A stretch of 63,587 nt of DNA, counting the filler, from Reticulomyxa filosa (Eukaryota > Protista > Foraminifera), in the NCBI GenBank assembly GCA_000512085.1. It is 21 parts of 21 records of this genome, joined end to end, with 100 filler letters (N's around TTAATTAATTAA, not from the genome) between each part and the next. Parts side by side here need not be neighbours in the genome. Positions count along the whole stretch, not along the records: positions 28,090 to 42,185 come from ASPP01006718.1; positions 42,286 to 45,305 come from ASPP01020165.1; positions 45,406 to 49,620 come from ASPP01020144.1; positions 49,721 to 53,845 come from ASPP01002159.1; 17 more parts are not named here. One strand, 5' to 3'. Below, piece by piece: positions 37,934-51,895 of this stretch. A program made the translations under genes and the position numbers. Within the stretch, counting starts at the first letter, position 1; every line of letters starts with the position of its first letter. The notes under the pieces were generated by a model. That model saw only the letters and a list, made by a program, of their open reading frames with translations. It was not told the origin of the DNA and made no database searches.

Positions 37934-39528
37934 ATGAAATCTACTTCGCCTGTTCAGAATCAAGATACTTCAAATACTCAGAGTAAGTCGAAATGGAAGC
38001 GCGTATGGCTCAAAAAGATGGTTGAGCTCGAAGAAAAAGAGAAAAACAAAGAAAAAAATAAACGATTTCGTTGTTCATTTTGCCACATGAAAAGAGACTT
38101 GGAACTTGACGTTTGAATTTTTTTATTTTTTTATTTTTTTATTTTTTGTTTCTATAACAAAAAAATAGCCACGTTTAAAACAAGCCGGTGTGATTTTTCT
38201 CTTTTCTTCTTCTTGATATCCGACTTTATAAAAACAAAAAAAAAAAGGGAAAGATATGGACACTTTCAAACTCAAACTACCAAAAATGTTTCACAGTATC
38301 GATGGAACAAAGAATTCTATTATTGGTCACAAAGATGCACGAACATGTTACAAGATATAATAGTAAACGAATATGAATTGGGAGAGAATATGTTTGAATT
38401 GCTATTGCAATTTGTGGACACACAGTCCTCTCTTCCTTACCAAGGGCAACACAATCGACATTTGATCTCACGGTATTATTCCTATAGCGAAGAACTGTGC
38501 AAGTACCATAGTTTATGTTTCAATTGGATATGCTTTCATAATGCTCGGGCTTATGACAAATATTTTCAACAGCAATATAAAAACCGCGACATAATGGACT
38601 GGGTTATCGACAATACTCATGGGGAAATTATCAAGATTGTGTTGTTGGGTGCTCCAAATACTGGAAAATCTTCTTTCATTGAAAGGCAATGCTTTCAAAG
38701 CTTTGTTAGAATTTTTTAAAAAAAAAAAAACAACAAAATCACGTATACGTAGTCTTCATTTCGCCTCTTTTTTAAAGTATATTTCGGGGTTATTATTTAC
38801 AAAAAAAAAAATTATTTTTTTAAAAAAAAAAGGAAATGAAAAGTAATAAATTTGAATTGTTTCAATAGAACACGGGAATAGCAAGAGGATACATTGGTGA
38901 GTTTGTCGATGTAGTAGAACTGGACAATAATTTCATTCAATATTTAATTTGTGACACTACTCCTAATGAAGCCATGGCCAGTACAGAAAAAGATGATGCA
39001 GCCTTTTCCGAATTTGAAAAACTGCTCACAATAGCTCATGGATTTATACTGTTGTATAGTATTGACAATGTTCAGAGCCTGACTTATGTCACTGCTATGT
39101 TTCAACGTATTATGAATTGCCAACTACGTAAATACCAAGACTTTGCTTCCATTTCAGCAAATTCAGCAACAATATCGACTGATTCCAAATCACTACATTC
39201 ACAACCACAATCACAAAGTAAACAATATCGGCCATTTGGTTGTGTGTTGTGTGCAAATAAACATGATCTTTGGTTCTTTGAAGACTTCAACGCCCAGACG
39301 CTCAACTATGAAAAGTCTTCGGCTGGTGTCAGACAAAAGCCCAAAACGACGAATGGCAAACCCCTTGATCGCATCTGTTTGACTCAAGAAGGCTTACAAG
39401 TGGCTCAGTCTTTGGGTGTTGCTTTTATTGAATGTAGCGCCCATTCCGACCATAATATTGATTTGGCTGTGCAAGAATGCTTGAGAGACGTGTGGTTCAG
39501 AGAAGAGACGTTTCGAGACGCACTATAA
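37934..39528 (+). CDS. Atypical Ras-like GTPase with a long N-terminal extension
   Basis: G1 GAPNTGKS, G4 NKHD and G5 ECSAH are present. G3 reads DTTPNE. No CaaX. Confidence 0.8.
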
Positions 39529-39869
39529 ATCTATTATTACCACAAGTCTCTAGTGTTTAGTATTATTACTTTTTCCCCCCCCCTCCTTCTCCTTAATTCA
39601 ACGCATGTGAAAGTTTCGTTACTTTATTATTTCATCAATTTTAGAAAAGCTAAGTTATGAGTAATTCAAAAAAAAAACATTCGGTTTGCTTTAACAATTT
39701 TGTTCCGTCTTACAATGTTTTGTTATAAAAAGGAGACATTTTAATGCAATTTTACAATTTTAAATGTTCAATTGAGCAAACGAGTTCTTTCGTTTGTATT
39801 CTTCCCTCGTTAACAAGAACGCTATATTTACATTTCGTTTTGTTTTGTTTATTTGTTTGTTTGACTGGC

Positions 39870-41127
39870 TTATTTTTCATTTTCTTTGCTGTCACTTGAA
39901 AGATTTTTGTCAGATTCGTTTTGCGATGCAACATTTTGTTTCCGCAGGATTTTGTCTTTGATTCGATCATAAAAGTCCTTTTTTTCATCAATTCTTTTGA
40001 GATAGGGCGAGTCTTTGGTGAATTTGGCAGCACCCAATAATTTGGGCAAAAAGTTGGAAATAAACTGTCCTGAAAACCAGTTCAACAATCTGTAAGGAAC
40101 ATAAGTCTTTGGGTCACAATTGAACATTGCTGTCACCTTAGTTTTTTCATTTGAAATCCGTTCCAAGTAAAACCCACCAACGTGAATGTCCACTCGAACT
40201 CGACTGCTCTATACAAAGTGATAACAATAATAGGTAATATTATGTTTACTATATTAATATGTTTTAATGTTCTCTTTCTTTTTATTATTAACAAACAAAC
40301 AAACAAACAAACAAACTTGCGGTTTTGGAATATCGACTTCGTCCGACTCTCTCGAGTCAAAAAAAATCAAAATATTGCCATTGTCCAAATCGTCGACTCC
40401 ATATCCATAGAGCAGACACTCACGATCGTGGAGTGGCCAATACAAAGAGATGCGCACATATCCTTGTTTGCAATACATAGCCAACTGTCCCAATTCCATG
40501 GATTCTTGACAAAACGGTAACCACGTGTGAATTAAATCCATTTCATAAAATAGTGCAATCAAATTAAACACTGGCACATCCTCCACACCAACACAGCGAA
40601 AGGTATAGGTATTCGTGTTTTTTGGCTGCATGTAATCACATATCCAATCCCCTTTTGCATTCAATCGGTTCCATCCCTCTTCCATTTTCAATACGTTCAG
40701 CCTTCGTACATGTGTATATGTATACATATATACATATGTGTGCGGCTATGTAAATGTGCCATTGGTCATCTTCCTTATCTTTCAAAAAAAATTATTTTTA
40801 GACTCACATTTGTAAGGTTTCATTGTGTTTGACACGAATATCCACAATCAATGGGTAGGCGTCCAGCTCTTTGACTAAATCACAAGTGTCGTCCTTGACC
40901 TCATCCGATTTCACAGATGCATACATTTTTTCCATCAAGTCCACTGCGACAAAAAGCCTTCCATCCAAATGGATCTCTTTCAATTCCTCCAACTTTTTTG
41001 CAATACTTTCGTGCGAGTGGAGGACACTATTTGGATCACTTAGTTTTGCTGCATGTTTGGCTTGAGCAGTTAAATGGTTATTGACAAAAGATGGAGCTTC
41101 TTTTGCATCTGATGAATATTGAGACAT
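39870..41127 (-). CDS. START/SRPBCC lipid-binding domain protein (3 exons)
   Basis: YEMDLIHTWLPFC, WPLHDRE and FNCDPKTYVPYRLLNW motifs. Confidence 0.8.
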
Positions 41128-41816
41128 TTGGTTTTTACTTTAACGGGATATTAAGGCTGAGCTACTTGAAAAATTCATTTAAAAAAAAAAAAACACTTGT
41201 CTACAAGTTGTAACAGTTAATAAACAATAGTCGGCGAAAATCGTGTTGGGGTTATCACACAAATCCTATATAAACAAATAAAAAATAATTTATTTGTTTG
41301 TTTATGAATGACTTTCAAAAAAAGAAAGAACAAAATGAAAATATTACAATACACAAAAGCGATTGAATAAATTCCAAACACCACTTTTCATTTTAAATTT
41401 AGTAGCTGCTTTTTTGTTTTTTTCTGCTTACTTTTATAATTTGCATATTTTCACATTAAAGTTGTAGGGTAAGCTCTAGACAAAGGAAAGTCAGCCTTAC
41501 AATATTTTTTAAAAGGTGACTGTAGTTTATCAAATTGTATTACCGATTGCTACAGGTCATTCATCACCAATAGTTGACAATTGTTGACCGAACATTGAAA
41601 CTTAGGTTTGACAATTAAGAGCGGTCAAAAATTATGTCACGATCAAAAGAAAAAAAAAATTACATTTCAAAGTTGCACAAATAAACTAAAACAGCTTTTC
41701 GAAACATGACCTTTATCAATGTATGCAAAATGCACATTGGTTCATTTATATAGCCTTGCACATATACATGCACACTTGTACCCCTTTTTAAAATTGAATT
41801 GTATTTTACTTTTAGA

Positions 41817-42185
41817 TCAGTTAGAAGATTGATCCTTTTGCATACCTTCCACATAAAAAATTAAGAGAGCAAATAAGATGCCATCAGTGAACACAGAACG
41901 AAAGAGTAAGTACCATTGAGACGCAAAAGCATCATATCCGGCTTGCGACTGCACTTTGTCCACTAACACAGGTACTTGTGCACATATTGCCACAAAATAC
42001 AAAGTAAATCCGAACAGTAGCGCAAAGAGTCGTTTACGTTGTTTTTTCTCCTGGATCATGTCCACTACAGTTGATTCTGTTTGTGAAGACAATTTTGAAG
42101 CCCTACGTGATGTCATAAAGTTCTCCACGAACTCTGGACTGTTAAGCGGTTGGATCGTAGTATTTTGTGATCCTTTTTTTTTTTT
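41817..42185 (-). CDS. C-terminal exon of a multi-pass membrane protein
   Basis: Two hydrophobic helices in ORF 41817..42128. Confidence 0.45.
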   Translation of the reverse strand, partial: KKKKGSQNTTIQPLNSPEFVENFMTSRRASKLSSQTESTVVDMIQEKKQRKRLFALLFGFTLYFVAICAQVPVLVDKVQSQAGYDAFASQWYLLFRSVFTDGILFALLIFYVEGMQKDQSSN

Positions 42186-42322
42186 NNNNNNNNNNNNNNN
42201 NNNNNNNNNNNNNNNNNNNNNNNNNNNNNTTAATTAATTAANNNNNNNNNNNNNNNNNNNNNNNNNNNNNNNNNNNNNNNNNNNNGAATACAACGAAAAC
42301 AAGAAATATAATTGTTGTTATG

Positions 42323-42954
42323 CATTAGAATAAAAATTAAAGTTGACACTTAAAACGTTACCTTATATATATGATTGATTTTCTTCATGAAAAAACAACA
42401 TTCAGACTTAATTTTTTAAAAATATATACGAACATTGTAGTTTTTAAATTTAATTTCTGTTTTTATTAAATATTTAATAATTATTTCAACATTTTTTTCA
42501 TTTTTTTTTTTGTTCAGTATATTTTTCATTTTTAACTGTTTTTATTTTTTTGAAATGTCTATGATTTCAAAAAAGTATAAGTAATTGACATTCGAAATTG
42601 GAAAAAAGTACTTTTCTATTGAAAAAAAATTTTTTTGATGAATTTTTTAAAAACTACTTAACGCTAATTTTTTTAAAAAAATATACTAATTGATCATTTT
42701 CTGAAAATACTTTAAAAAAATTTATCAAATTTCATGGTTATGACACTGTTGTCAACTTTTTCTAAAAAATTTTCGAAAATCAATAAAATATTCAATTTTT
42801 TTAAATAATTTGCAGTTTTTGAATATCGTTTTTTATTAAATATTTACTCTGTTCGCAGATATTTTAAAAAATTAGGTCTGAATGTTGTTTTTTCATGAAG
42901 AGAATCATCTATAAGGTGCCGTTTTATGTGTCAACTTTACTTTGCATTCTATTG
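42323..42954. mobile_element. Complete-looking Tc1-derived MITE (copy F, ~630 bp)
   Basis: Left end AAAGTTGACACTTAAAACGTTACCTTATA...TTCATGAAAAAACAACATTCAGACTTAATTTTTTAAA. The right end (42850-42954) is its reverse complement. No ORF. Confidence 0.85.
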
Positions 42955-43329
42955 TCACAAAGTGTAATACGAAAATATATGAACACTTTTTTAGAAAAAC
43001 TAAGTCCGAGTTATGATCTTCTCTTACTTTTTGTTTTTTTAAAAAGATTGCAGAAAATTCCATGAACATTTATCGATTACATCTACTAAAACAATTGTCG
43101 TATTTACTCAAATATGTTGTGTATAACACTATAAAGCAAAGAAGACAAATAAACTAACTAAAAATAACAAACGCAAAGTAGCTCCTTTTCTGTTAAAGTG
43201 TCTTGGCCAGCAGATGACATGTGCCAAAGAAAGAACAGAAAAGAAATGGAAAAGTGTCTTTATATCTATCTCTCTTTCTAAAAGGAGAATATCAGAGTGA
43301 GATAGAAAGTGCCCCATTTGATGACATGT

Positions 43330-44284
43330 TTACATTTTCAAATCTTCAATACAGTATGTTTCCGCTAAAAAGAGGCCCAGAGTAGCATGGGCCAACTTTA
43401 ACGCGGCTAAAGTCATGAGAAAAACCAGAGTCCACAAAATGCCATTGATCATCATGACGATGGCCACCGAGTCATGGCCTTCTGTAAGGCACTTTCCCAT
43501 GACAAAAAACGCAAAAGATCCTGTCACTGCCAATCCCAACGCCATCATCCCCGCCCAAAGCATGTGCAACATCAACAAGACAAAGAACAGCATCGGAAGC
43601 TGTTGATGGAACTGGACTGATCTGTAATAGCGTTTGTACCAACATATCCAGCTTCCGGGTAATCCTTTGATCCAATTACAACCACAAGTCGCAAATGGAT
43701 GATCCACACCAAATGTAACATGACACAAAGACATATTAAGACATGAGAAACTGTAATACAAATTAGTTACCTAAAAATACATAGCAAACAGCCAATATCC
43801 ATTGCACGACACCCACCTCGTCCGACCCTTTCTTGCTCAATCCGTACCAAAAGCAAAGGATTAGATTCAAGCTTGTTGCTAGTGCCGTCAACAGCCACAG
43901 TGCATAAAACTTGCGCACATGGCCTTGATATCTGACGGGTATATCTCTGCTTATTGCATTTCTGGCCCAACCAATGGCCGGATACGGCCAGTTCTTCTTT
44001 GGGGGAGTGCTTCTCAAGGTTTGTCGCAACAACTCATCTCTTGCATCCAGTGCTTGCTCCAATACTATCACTTCTTGCTCTTTTTGGACAAGCTCTTTCA
44101 ATCTTTGCTTGTGCTCTTGGCTCTCTTCAGCTCCCACTTTCTGCGCGGTTCCGTTCATCTTGCTGCTGTTGTTGCTTTCCTGTTGTGCGCTGCTTTCAGC
44201 CGCTTGTGGATAATTGGCCGTCAGAAGTGGATTATTCTCATTTTCATAACTCCAATTATCTACACCTGTTCCATACGCAGCCAT
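43330..44284 (-). CDS. SCAMP: SCAMP-family secretory carrier membrane protein (2 exons)
   Basis: Coiled coil, KKNWP...DIPVRYQ, four TMs and the E-peptide-like SWICWYKRYYRS. Confidence 0.85.
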
Positions 44285-44605
44285 TGTGAAATTAATTAAA
44301 ATTATTAAATACAAATCCTATGTAAAAAAAAGAAACGTGAACGTTGCACTTTTCTTCTTGTGTAAATATAATATAATGCTATCGACAGTTTAGGACCTTA
44401 ACTTTTAGTTTACAAAATTGTTTCTGAGTTATCTCTGCAAGAGTGTTTATTTTGTTCGGCAAGCTTAAAAATATCCAAAAACAGTGTTGTGACATGCAAT
44501 ATTAGCAAAATTAATCAACTGCGATCATGTTTGGAGAAAGTATGGGCAAAAAGTCTACGAAAAACACAGGTTTGAATTTAAAATTTTTAGCAAAATATTT
44601 CATCA

Positions 44606-45238
44606 ATGAACGAGTTTGGGACAGTGCATGATCGCAATCCCTATGGAATAGGAGAGTGCAAATGGTTATTCCCAAAATCAGAATTGGAATACATATACCA
44701 CAAATTGCCAAAGGCAAGCCACTTGTACGGCCCTCCGATAATAATACTATGGAATAACTACCCAATTGTATTTCGTCTGAAATGGTTTGCAAAAGGATGT
44801 GGAAAAAGGGATGGAGAAGATGGTGTATTAGAAAAAAATCGGCTGAATGTCGATTTGCACGATTGCCCCGAGTATATCCACACAATCAACTGTCGTATTA
44901 CATTTGAGTGTGCAAATGTATTTTGGAACCAATCGTTTGACATAAAGTACATCAACGATCCAAAGCAATTGATGAAATCGTGGGGATTTCCGGACATTCC
45001 GATTAACTTGCAAGAGCTATTGAACGGGCCAATGAAGATGGACACGTTACAAATATACGCATACATCCGCGTGAAGAAGTGTTACGACGCAAACAAACAA
45101 TTGATACCAAACCTAGCATACGGCACCCCAACCATCCCTGCCGTGATGTCGCTCTCCGGTGACGCGAATAAGAGTAGTACTGTTAATCAACTTATCGACA
45201 TTATCCGAACTCATCAAAAGCATTCGTACGTTAAATGA
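44606..45238 (+). CDS. MATH/TRAF-domain-like protein, first exon
   Basis: FRLKWFAKG, SWGFPD and DTLQIYAYIRV match the MATH strand pattern. Confidence 0.55.
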   Translation: MNEFGTVHDRNPYGIGECKWLFPKSELEYIYHKLPKASHLYGPPIIILWNNYPIVFRLKWFAKGCGKRDGEDGVLEKNRLNVDLHDCPEYIHTINCRITFECANVFWNQSFDIKYINDPKQLMKSWGFPDIPINLQELLNGPMKMDTLQIYAYIRVKKCYDANKQLIPNLAYGTPTIPAVMSLSGDANKSSTVNQLIDIIRTHQKHSYVK

Positions 45239-45264
45239 ATTTTTTTTTTTTTTTAATTGTTGAT

Positions 45265-45305
<41 letters not shown>

Positions 45306-45835
45306 NNNNNNNNNNNNNNNNNNNNNNNNNNNNNNNNNNNNNNNNNNNNTTAATTAATTAANNNNNNNNNNNNNNNNNNNNNNNNNNNNNNNNNNNNNNN
45401 NNNNNAAAAAAAAAAAAAAAAAAAAAAAAAAAAGAAGGGAAAATTCATTCAATCATTACAAATAAACATATATACTGCTTTTAATTTTTTAATTAGATTT
45501 GCTTATTCTTCTCACGTGATCCGATTGTGAAACAAGCTTTTTTGTTTGTCTTTGTTCCGATTATTTGTTTTGGATATTTATATATTTTTTTTTATTTCTT
45601 TTTGTGAGTCGAGCCGCAAATGCCTGCCATCGAAGAGGGCAGGGAATTTAACACAATGAAACACTCAATGCTCGTACCACAAAGCGTCATAATTTCTGCA
45701 TAATCTATTTTTTACTAATTTAAATTCGATTGTCAAACAACCAAGTTCAAAAAAGTAAAAAAAAGGGGTAAATCATGGAAATTAATGTTTTTTTTTCTTT
45801 TTTAATTTAGCATAATATATTGTTAAAGTAAACGC

Positions 45836-47889
45836 ATGCAAACATCTCCAAAAACGAAGAAAAGTAGAGATCAGCGCTCCATCTCTCCTCTTCGGAAGGG
45901 TGTTGGCAACGAGTGTAAGCCATCAGCATATGGTCTTCCATGCAGCAACGCCCCAGCAGTGTCATTTCTGATACCAAGCAGTTTTCCTCCTCAGCCATTT
46001 GTGAGCGAAGTTGCGCCTGGGTACATGTGGGCAGCCTCTCAGTCATCCACGCACGCAATGTATGTTCCCGTTCAGCAGTACAACACCATAGCATTGGATT
46101 GTTGTCTCAAGTGCGGGACCCCCAAGTTGCACGGGGACGAGGAGACGACCCGCGAACATGAGTCACAGCCACAATCACAATCACAATCACAATCACAATC
46201 ACAACCACAGCCACAGCCGCAGTTGCAATCACAATCGCAGCCACGACCACACAGCACGCGAAGCCATAGGAAAAGCTCGGAGAAGAAAGTTCAAGAATGC
46301 AACGAAAAGCAGAGAGCGCAAAACAACGCAAAGGCGGCAGCAAAGAAAACTCCGAAAACAGTCAATAAAAACGACGACACAGAAAACGAAGAAGACAAAG
46401 CAGAGTGGTTGATCGCAAGTGACAATGACATTGTCGATGATGCCGACAACGACGACGACGACGACGACGATGACGACGACGATGATTATAATGACAATGG
46501 CAATGACAATGATAACGACAATGGCAACGCCAATGGTAATGATAAGAAAGCGCGTGCGGTGAATCATTTGCAAGCCATTTGCTATTCAACGACCACCGGC
46601 ACAGTCATTACCAATACGACACTAAACACAAGTGGCTGGAGAAGCAACGCAGACTTAAAAAACGAAATTGACATATTGCAAAATCAATTAGCCATTGTGT
46701 CTGATAAGTACAAAGAGAAAGTTATCAAATACGAGAAAATGAAAGCGTGGAACCGTAGGTTGCTCCTTGAAAACAAACAGTGCAAAGAAAATTATCATTT
46801 GTTGCGACAACAATATGCAAATTACCAAGAATTTGTCGTTACCACGTATAATAAAAAATTCTACCAACCGATCAAGATTTGCTCCGATTTTTCGCAGTTG
46901 CGTGTGCTTTTTTTTTCCCCCCTTCGTTTTCTTTGTTTCTCTCTTTTACAGCGTGTAATATCGTTAAAGTATCAAATGTTTTGACCAAAATTGAAAAAAC
47001 AGTGAGGAAAGCAGTGATACCAGTAGCAGTTCATCCGACATTGAAAAAACGACCGAGATTCATTCACAAAAGAACCCTAACCATCATCATCATCAGATAT
47101 TGGAAGGTGACGAAGAAGAAGCATGTAAAACGAAACAAAAGAAAAGCGTCACTGAAACGATCAACAGTAATAACAAAAACAGCAACAATAATAATAGTGA
47201 TGACAATAACAATAATAAAAACAACAAGAATAACAATAAAAACAACAAGAACAACAAAAATAATAAAAACAATAAAAATAATAAAAATAGTAAAAATAAT
47301 AACAATAATAACAATGGTCACACCGAACAACAGCTCATTGGACCTTATCACTGTGATAATCACGTGCCGTCATTTGGCCATGACCACGACAGTCATGATG
47401 AACATAATCACGCTCACGTCCATAGGCCCGCTCACGACAGCACACTTCCAATGGCAAACACACGATCCAAAAACATCGTGACGTGTCGTTGGATGTGAAT
47501 CAAACACAAAATCGAAATGATAGTCATGTCATCGTTGAAATAAACACCGCACAAACCTCTCCCAAACAAGTCGACCAAAACCAACCGTCAAGTAAAACCC
47601 AGTCCATGACAACAGGCACTCACAGGCCATGTAATGGCAACCAATCCACAAACAACAGCAAAAAAACAAATTTGTCATGACGCCGGAAGACGTTGCGATG
47701 CTCCAACGAGAATCAGAAAATGCAGGCAATAGCGATACCAACAGCTGCCATTCTTTTCCAGACTGTTGGGATTTAGACCCGAGCGTCGCCAATCGAGGCA
47801 ATCGTAGCAATCAAACCAAGAGTGCTTACGTGCATCACACCTCTCTTCAAGGCCCTCAGGACGTCGTGCGTCGCAAAGATATTGTATAA
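45836..47889 (+). CDS. Low-complexity (SQ/PQ, D/N, NK repeats) coiled-coil protein, multi-exon
   Basis: 382-aa ORF plus downstream in-frame segments. Coiled coil at LKNEIDILQNQL. Confidence 0.5.
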
Positions 47890-48727
47890 TTCATATTGCA
47901 AACATAAAAAAAAAAATAAATAAATAAAAATAAAAAAAGGAAAAAAGACAAATGCAAAAAAAAGCAAGCCAACTTCACCACCATTTAATGTCACACTTTC
48001 TTTTTTTTTTTTCTGCTTTTTTTTTGCTTTGTCTTTTTCTCCTTTTTTTAATTTTGTTTTTTTTTGACGATTGGTATATATTTTTTAGTTTAGTGTTTTT
48101 CTTTCAGTTATTTGCTTGCAAGGGAGCTGGTTTTCAAATGTAGTGTTGTCTTTCTTGTCTTTTTAATTTTCCGTAACCTTTTTTTTTTCTGTTTCCTTTT
48201 GCTACTCCTTTCTGTTGAGAAAGTGGAAATCATCAAATTCTTTTCTTTTCTTTTAGTTTATTTTTTTTTTATCTTTTATTTTATTATAATTCACAGCGCA
48301 TTGTAAATTAATTTTTCTTTTCTGTTTTGTTCCCTCCTTCTGCTGTTTTGGGCTATCTCATATTCTATGTTCCAAGACTGGTCTGCTAATCAACATCTAT
48401 GATGTCGTGTTTGTGTCCATTTCTTTTTTTTTTGCGTTTCATTTGGTCTAATTGCGACTTCTTTCGCCCTGATAACGATATCACTTTATTTGTCATATCA
48501 GGTTTTTAATCATTGCCCGTATACGATGAACAACCACTTTATAGCATCTCAAAACCTATTGCTTTTGTGTACATTATTTGCAAAGGTTGGAATTTGTTTT
48601 GATGGGAGAGACGAAGGATGTCTGAAAAGTTTTAGTTAAAAACAGCGTCAAGTGTTTTTGAGTCCCGGGAAAGGAAAATCAGAAATCTCGTCATCAAAAG
48701 CAACTATCAAACATCACATTTTTGAGA

Positions 48728-49620
48728 ATGTCAAATATCGATCCTGAAGATTCGTCACAAAGTAAAGACAAAAAAAAAGACAAGTATTGTCTTTATTTAG
48801 AACACTCCCTATTTGATTTTTTCAAAAGGACGAACGAAGACCAAAAGAATTATGCAAGAAAAAACAAAAGATGCAACGTGTGAAGGAGTGTGGAGCATCA
48901 CATATGATGCTATGGTCATACTGACACATATCATAAATACGGTAGCAAATTTATACGTGTTAGTCGAACCTAACGATAAAGAAAAATTTTCATATTATTT
49001 TCGTTTAAGTATGGCGCTACTATTGACAACACAACTAATAAATTGCGCAATCTTTGTGCAATTTTTTGAAACAAATCGGCTGATTTGGTTCATAATAATG
49101 CTCCCGTTTTCTTGGGCAGTGCCATTTTTGTTTTATTTCACCGATAAGCTCAAACCGCATTTTCCTTATGATTATAACGATGAGCGAAAAAAGCACGTTT
49201 TTGTTTTCATTATCATTCTTTTTTGATGATTTATTTATTTTTTTTTTACTTTTGCGTTTGAACGACTTCAAAAATAAAACAGATGGGCGAGGACCAAGTC
49301 GTGGAAGCTTGTGAGTAGGTTGTGAGGGAATTTTTGCACGTTGAGACAAAGCAAAATGAGCAAACAAATTGTTGTGTTGCTGTTAGAATTTTTATTTTTT
49401 GCAAAATTACAACTTCTTTTTTTTTTTTTTTTGCATACCTTGCACAAACACATAAAATGGACTGACTTTAAAAAAAAAAAAAAAGATTGGCTTTATGGTA
49501 AACTTCGTATTCGAAGGTTTGTATTCTCTTTCTTTCGTCTTTAAATGGAAGGAAGGGAAGGAAAAAAAAAAAAAAAAAGACAAAGGAGTGGAGATACAAA
49601 AGTTAATATAAGTAAGAAGA
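48728..49620 (+). CDS. Multi-pass membrane protein, 5' part
   Basis: Three hydrophobic helices in ORF 48813..49226, with flanking introns. Confidence 0.45.
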
Positions 49621-49720
49621 NNNNNNNNNNNNNNNNNNNNNNNNNNNNNNNNNNNNNNNNNNNNTTAATTAATTAANNNNNNNNNNNNNNNNNNNNNNNN
49701 NNNNNNNNNNNNNNNNNNNN

Positions 49721-49805
49721 AAATCTTTGATCCATCCTAATTTAATGTTTAATGTTCTAATCCAGTGATGAATGATGATTTGGATCTCTTCTTCTTTTGA
49801 CTGTT
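49721..49805 (-). CDS. Exon with the family N-terminal motif of a WD40/Kelch-type gene
   Basis: SKEEEIQIIIHHWIRTLNIKLGWIKDF. Confidence 0.6.
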
Positions 49806-50289
49806 TCAATTACATGTAACAAAGATAAATAAAAGAAATAATAAAAACTTAAAGACAAGCTGGACTTAACTTTCATTGATAAGTTTAAGTTTATTCTTGT
49901 AACTTTTTTTTTAGTTTTCTCTTGAGATGTTCTTTGATGATGTAAGATGAAAAAAATGCTTGAACTTTTTTTATACTAAGAATTTTTTTGAAATGAAAAA
50001 TAAATGAACGTTACATTTTGTAAAATATTTTTGCATTACAATAATCAGTAACAATAATTCTACAATGCAAAAATTTTCAAATTAAAAAAATATTCATAAT
50101 AGAAAGGCAATATAATGTTACTTATTTTGTGAATTTTTTATTAGACATGCGTAAATTGCTCAAAAACAGAATAAAGTATCAATTCAATTTTCATATTTGA
50201 TTGAAATAGCTGTTAGATCTTACAAAAATCAAAAAACCAAGAATTAGAAGAAGATACAATATTGTTAATTTCCACAAATGTTCTTAAGC

Positions 50290-50530
50290 AAGGATATGAA
50301 GATTTTTTAATTAAATTCAAAAGGCACTCATCGATTAAATGAGCATTTATATCTTTTAATTTCCCTTTGAAATCATATTTAATCATTCTATCAGTTTCGT
50401 TTGATGTCTTCGGTTCTTGTTCAAATTGTCTTATACACATCACTGTTAAGTCACTAATTTGTCTTCATGCTACATTATTTATTGAATATTGACAATTGTC
50501 AGGTGATTGAACTGGACAAGAGTCATTTGT
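50290..50530 (-). pseudogene. RING/TRAF zinc-finger remnant
   Basis: SCPVQSPDNCQYS...*RQISDLTVMCIRQF...FKGKLKDINAHL contains an internal stop. Confidence 0.7.
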
Positions 50531-51295
50531 AATTTTCAAGAAATAATTTCTAAAAAAAAGTCTATAAATACTTAATATGAAATAAAATTATTTTTGGAAA
50601 AATCTATGTTTTTGATAAATGAATAATTAAATGAAGAATGTAATTCCCTTTTTTTAATGCAAAGCAGAAGAACTTCCTATTTTAGATTTTCCTGTTCAAA
50701 AATAAATCCAAATTTATAAAAATCAATCATCATTACTATTTGTTCTTTTCAACCTATTTACATTTGCAAGAGAGAATTAGAAAATTCTCACTAAACTATT
50801 CCTGGACACAAAACTCCCCCAACACCTTTTGTCTGAGATTTAATTACATCTGTTTTGTTTCATGTGCTTTCTTCCCCTTCCAAGAAAAGCGTCCACGTGA
50901 ATAGTGCAATCAATAGTATAAAAAAAAAGTCAAAAACAAAGAGGATTTTAATAATTACGTCTTGAGTAATAAAAAGTTTGAATTCTCAAGTTTTTCATAT
51001 TTGCAATTGATACAGTAAACTAATGTGTTTGTTGATCAACGAAATTTAATTTTTGTTTTAAACTTGATAGAGTTTCCTTTTTCTTTCATTCTCCTTCCAC
51101 CTCAAAGATAATGATTTTTTACAAATTTTTTTCTTTCTCACAAAAGTTCTGGTTAAGAAAAGGAATGGCATTAGTTTTTTTTAAAAAAAAGTGGAGTGAG
51201 ATTTTTTTTTTAATCAATGAACCATAAACTCAAAAAACAATGAATAAAAAAGGGCATTTTTGGAAATGCGAAATACAATGATTGTTTTATCCACG

Positions 51296-51560
51296 TTAGA
51301 ATAATCTCATCAAAAGCAATATATATTTAGATTTAAATAAACTACTCGATTCACACTGACTTTGTTTGAGTGTATCATCGTCATTGTGACCATATAATAT
51401 ATAATTTCCTCTCTTTACAATTTCGTGTGATTTTGAAATATTTTCACCACGGCAAGAATCAATGATAAATATTTTAGGAAAATTTTTGAATTTTATTGAT
51501 TGATATATTTTCCATGTCCACAAATAATTACAATTAATCCGTCATATTTATTAATATTTT
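51296..51560 (-). pseudogene. Caspase-like (peptidase C14) remnant
   Basis: KYDGLIVIICGHGK (catalytic His) and FPKIFIIDSCRG (catalytic Cys) lie in different frames, joined by a deletion. Confidence 0.8.
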
Positions 51561-51895
51561 TGCGAAATTTGAAATTGATATTTACTTATCCATAAACTCA
51601 ACAAATAACACGTTTGATAAGCATTTCAATTTCATTTATTGATTTATTGTTTGTTGTTTTTTGTTTTCTAATATGCACCGTCTGTTGTCTAAATTGGTAA
51701 ACTATTTGTGGATTGAATTTTATATTCTTTTTTTCTAGTAATAACTAGAACACATGAAACAGTGATTGTATTTGTAATAACAACATGTTTATTTAATCCA
51801 AGACAAAATTTGAAATGTACTTAAAATGATTTGTTACAAATCTTTTTTTTTAAAAAAAAAAGTAAAAATTGTACATACACACAAATGATAAAGCA

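Noticed and set aside
45267-45305. (AAT)n, (TTA)n and (CAA)n tracts at contig ends as telomeres
   Set aside because: They are ordinary microsatellites in introns or poly-Q/N coding regions that break assemblies.
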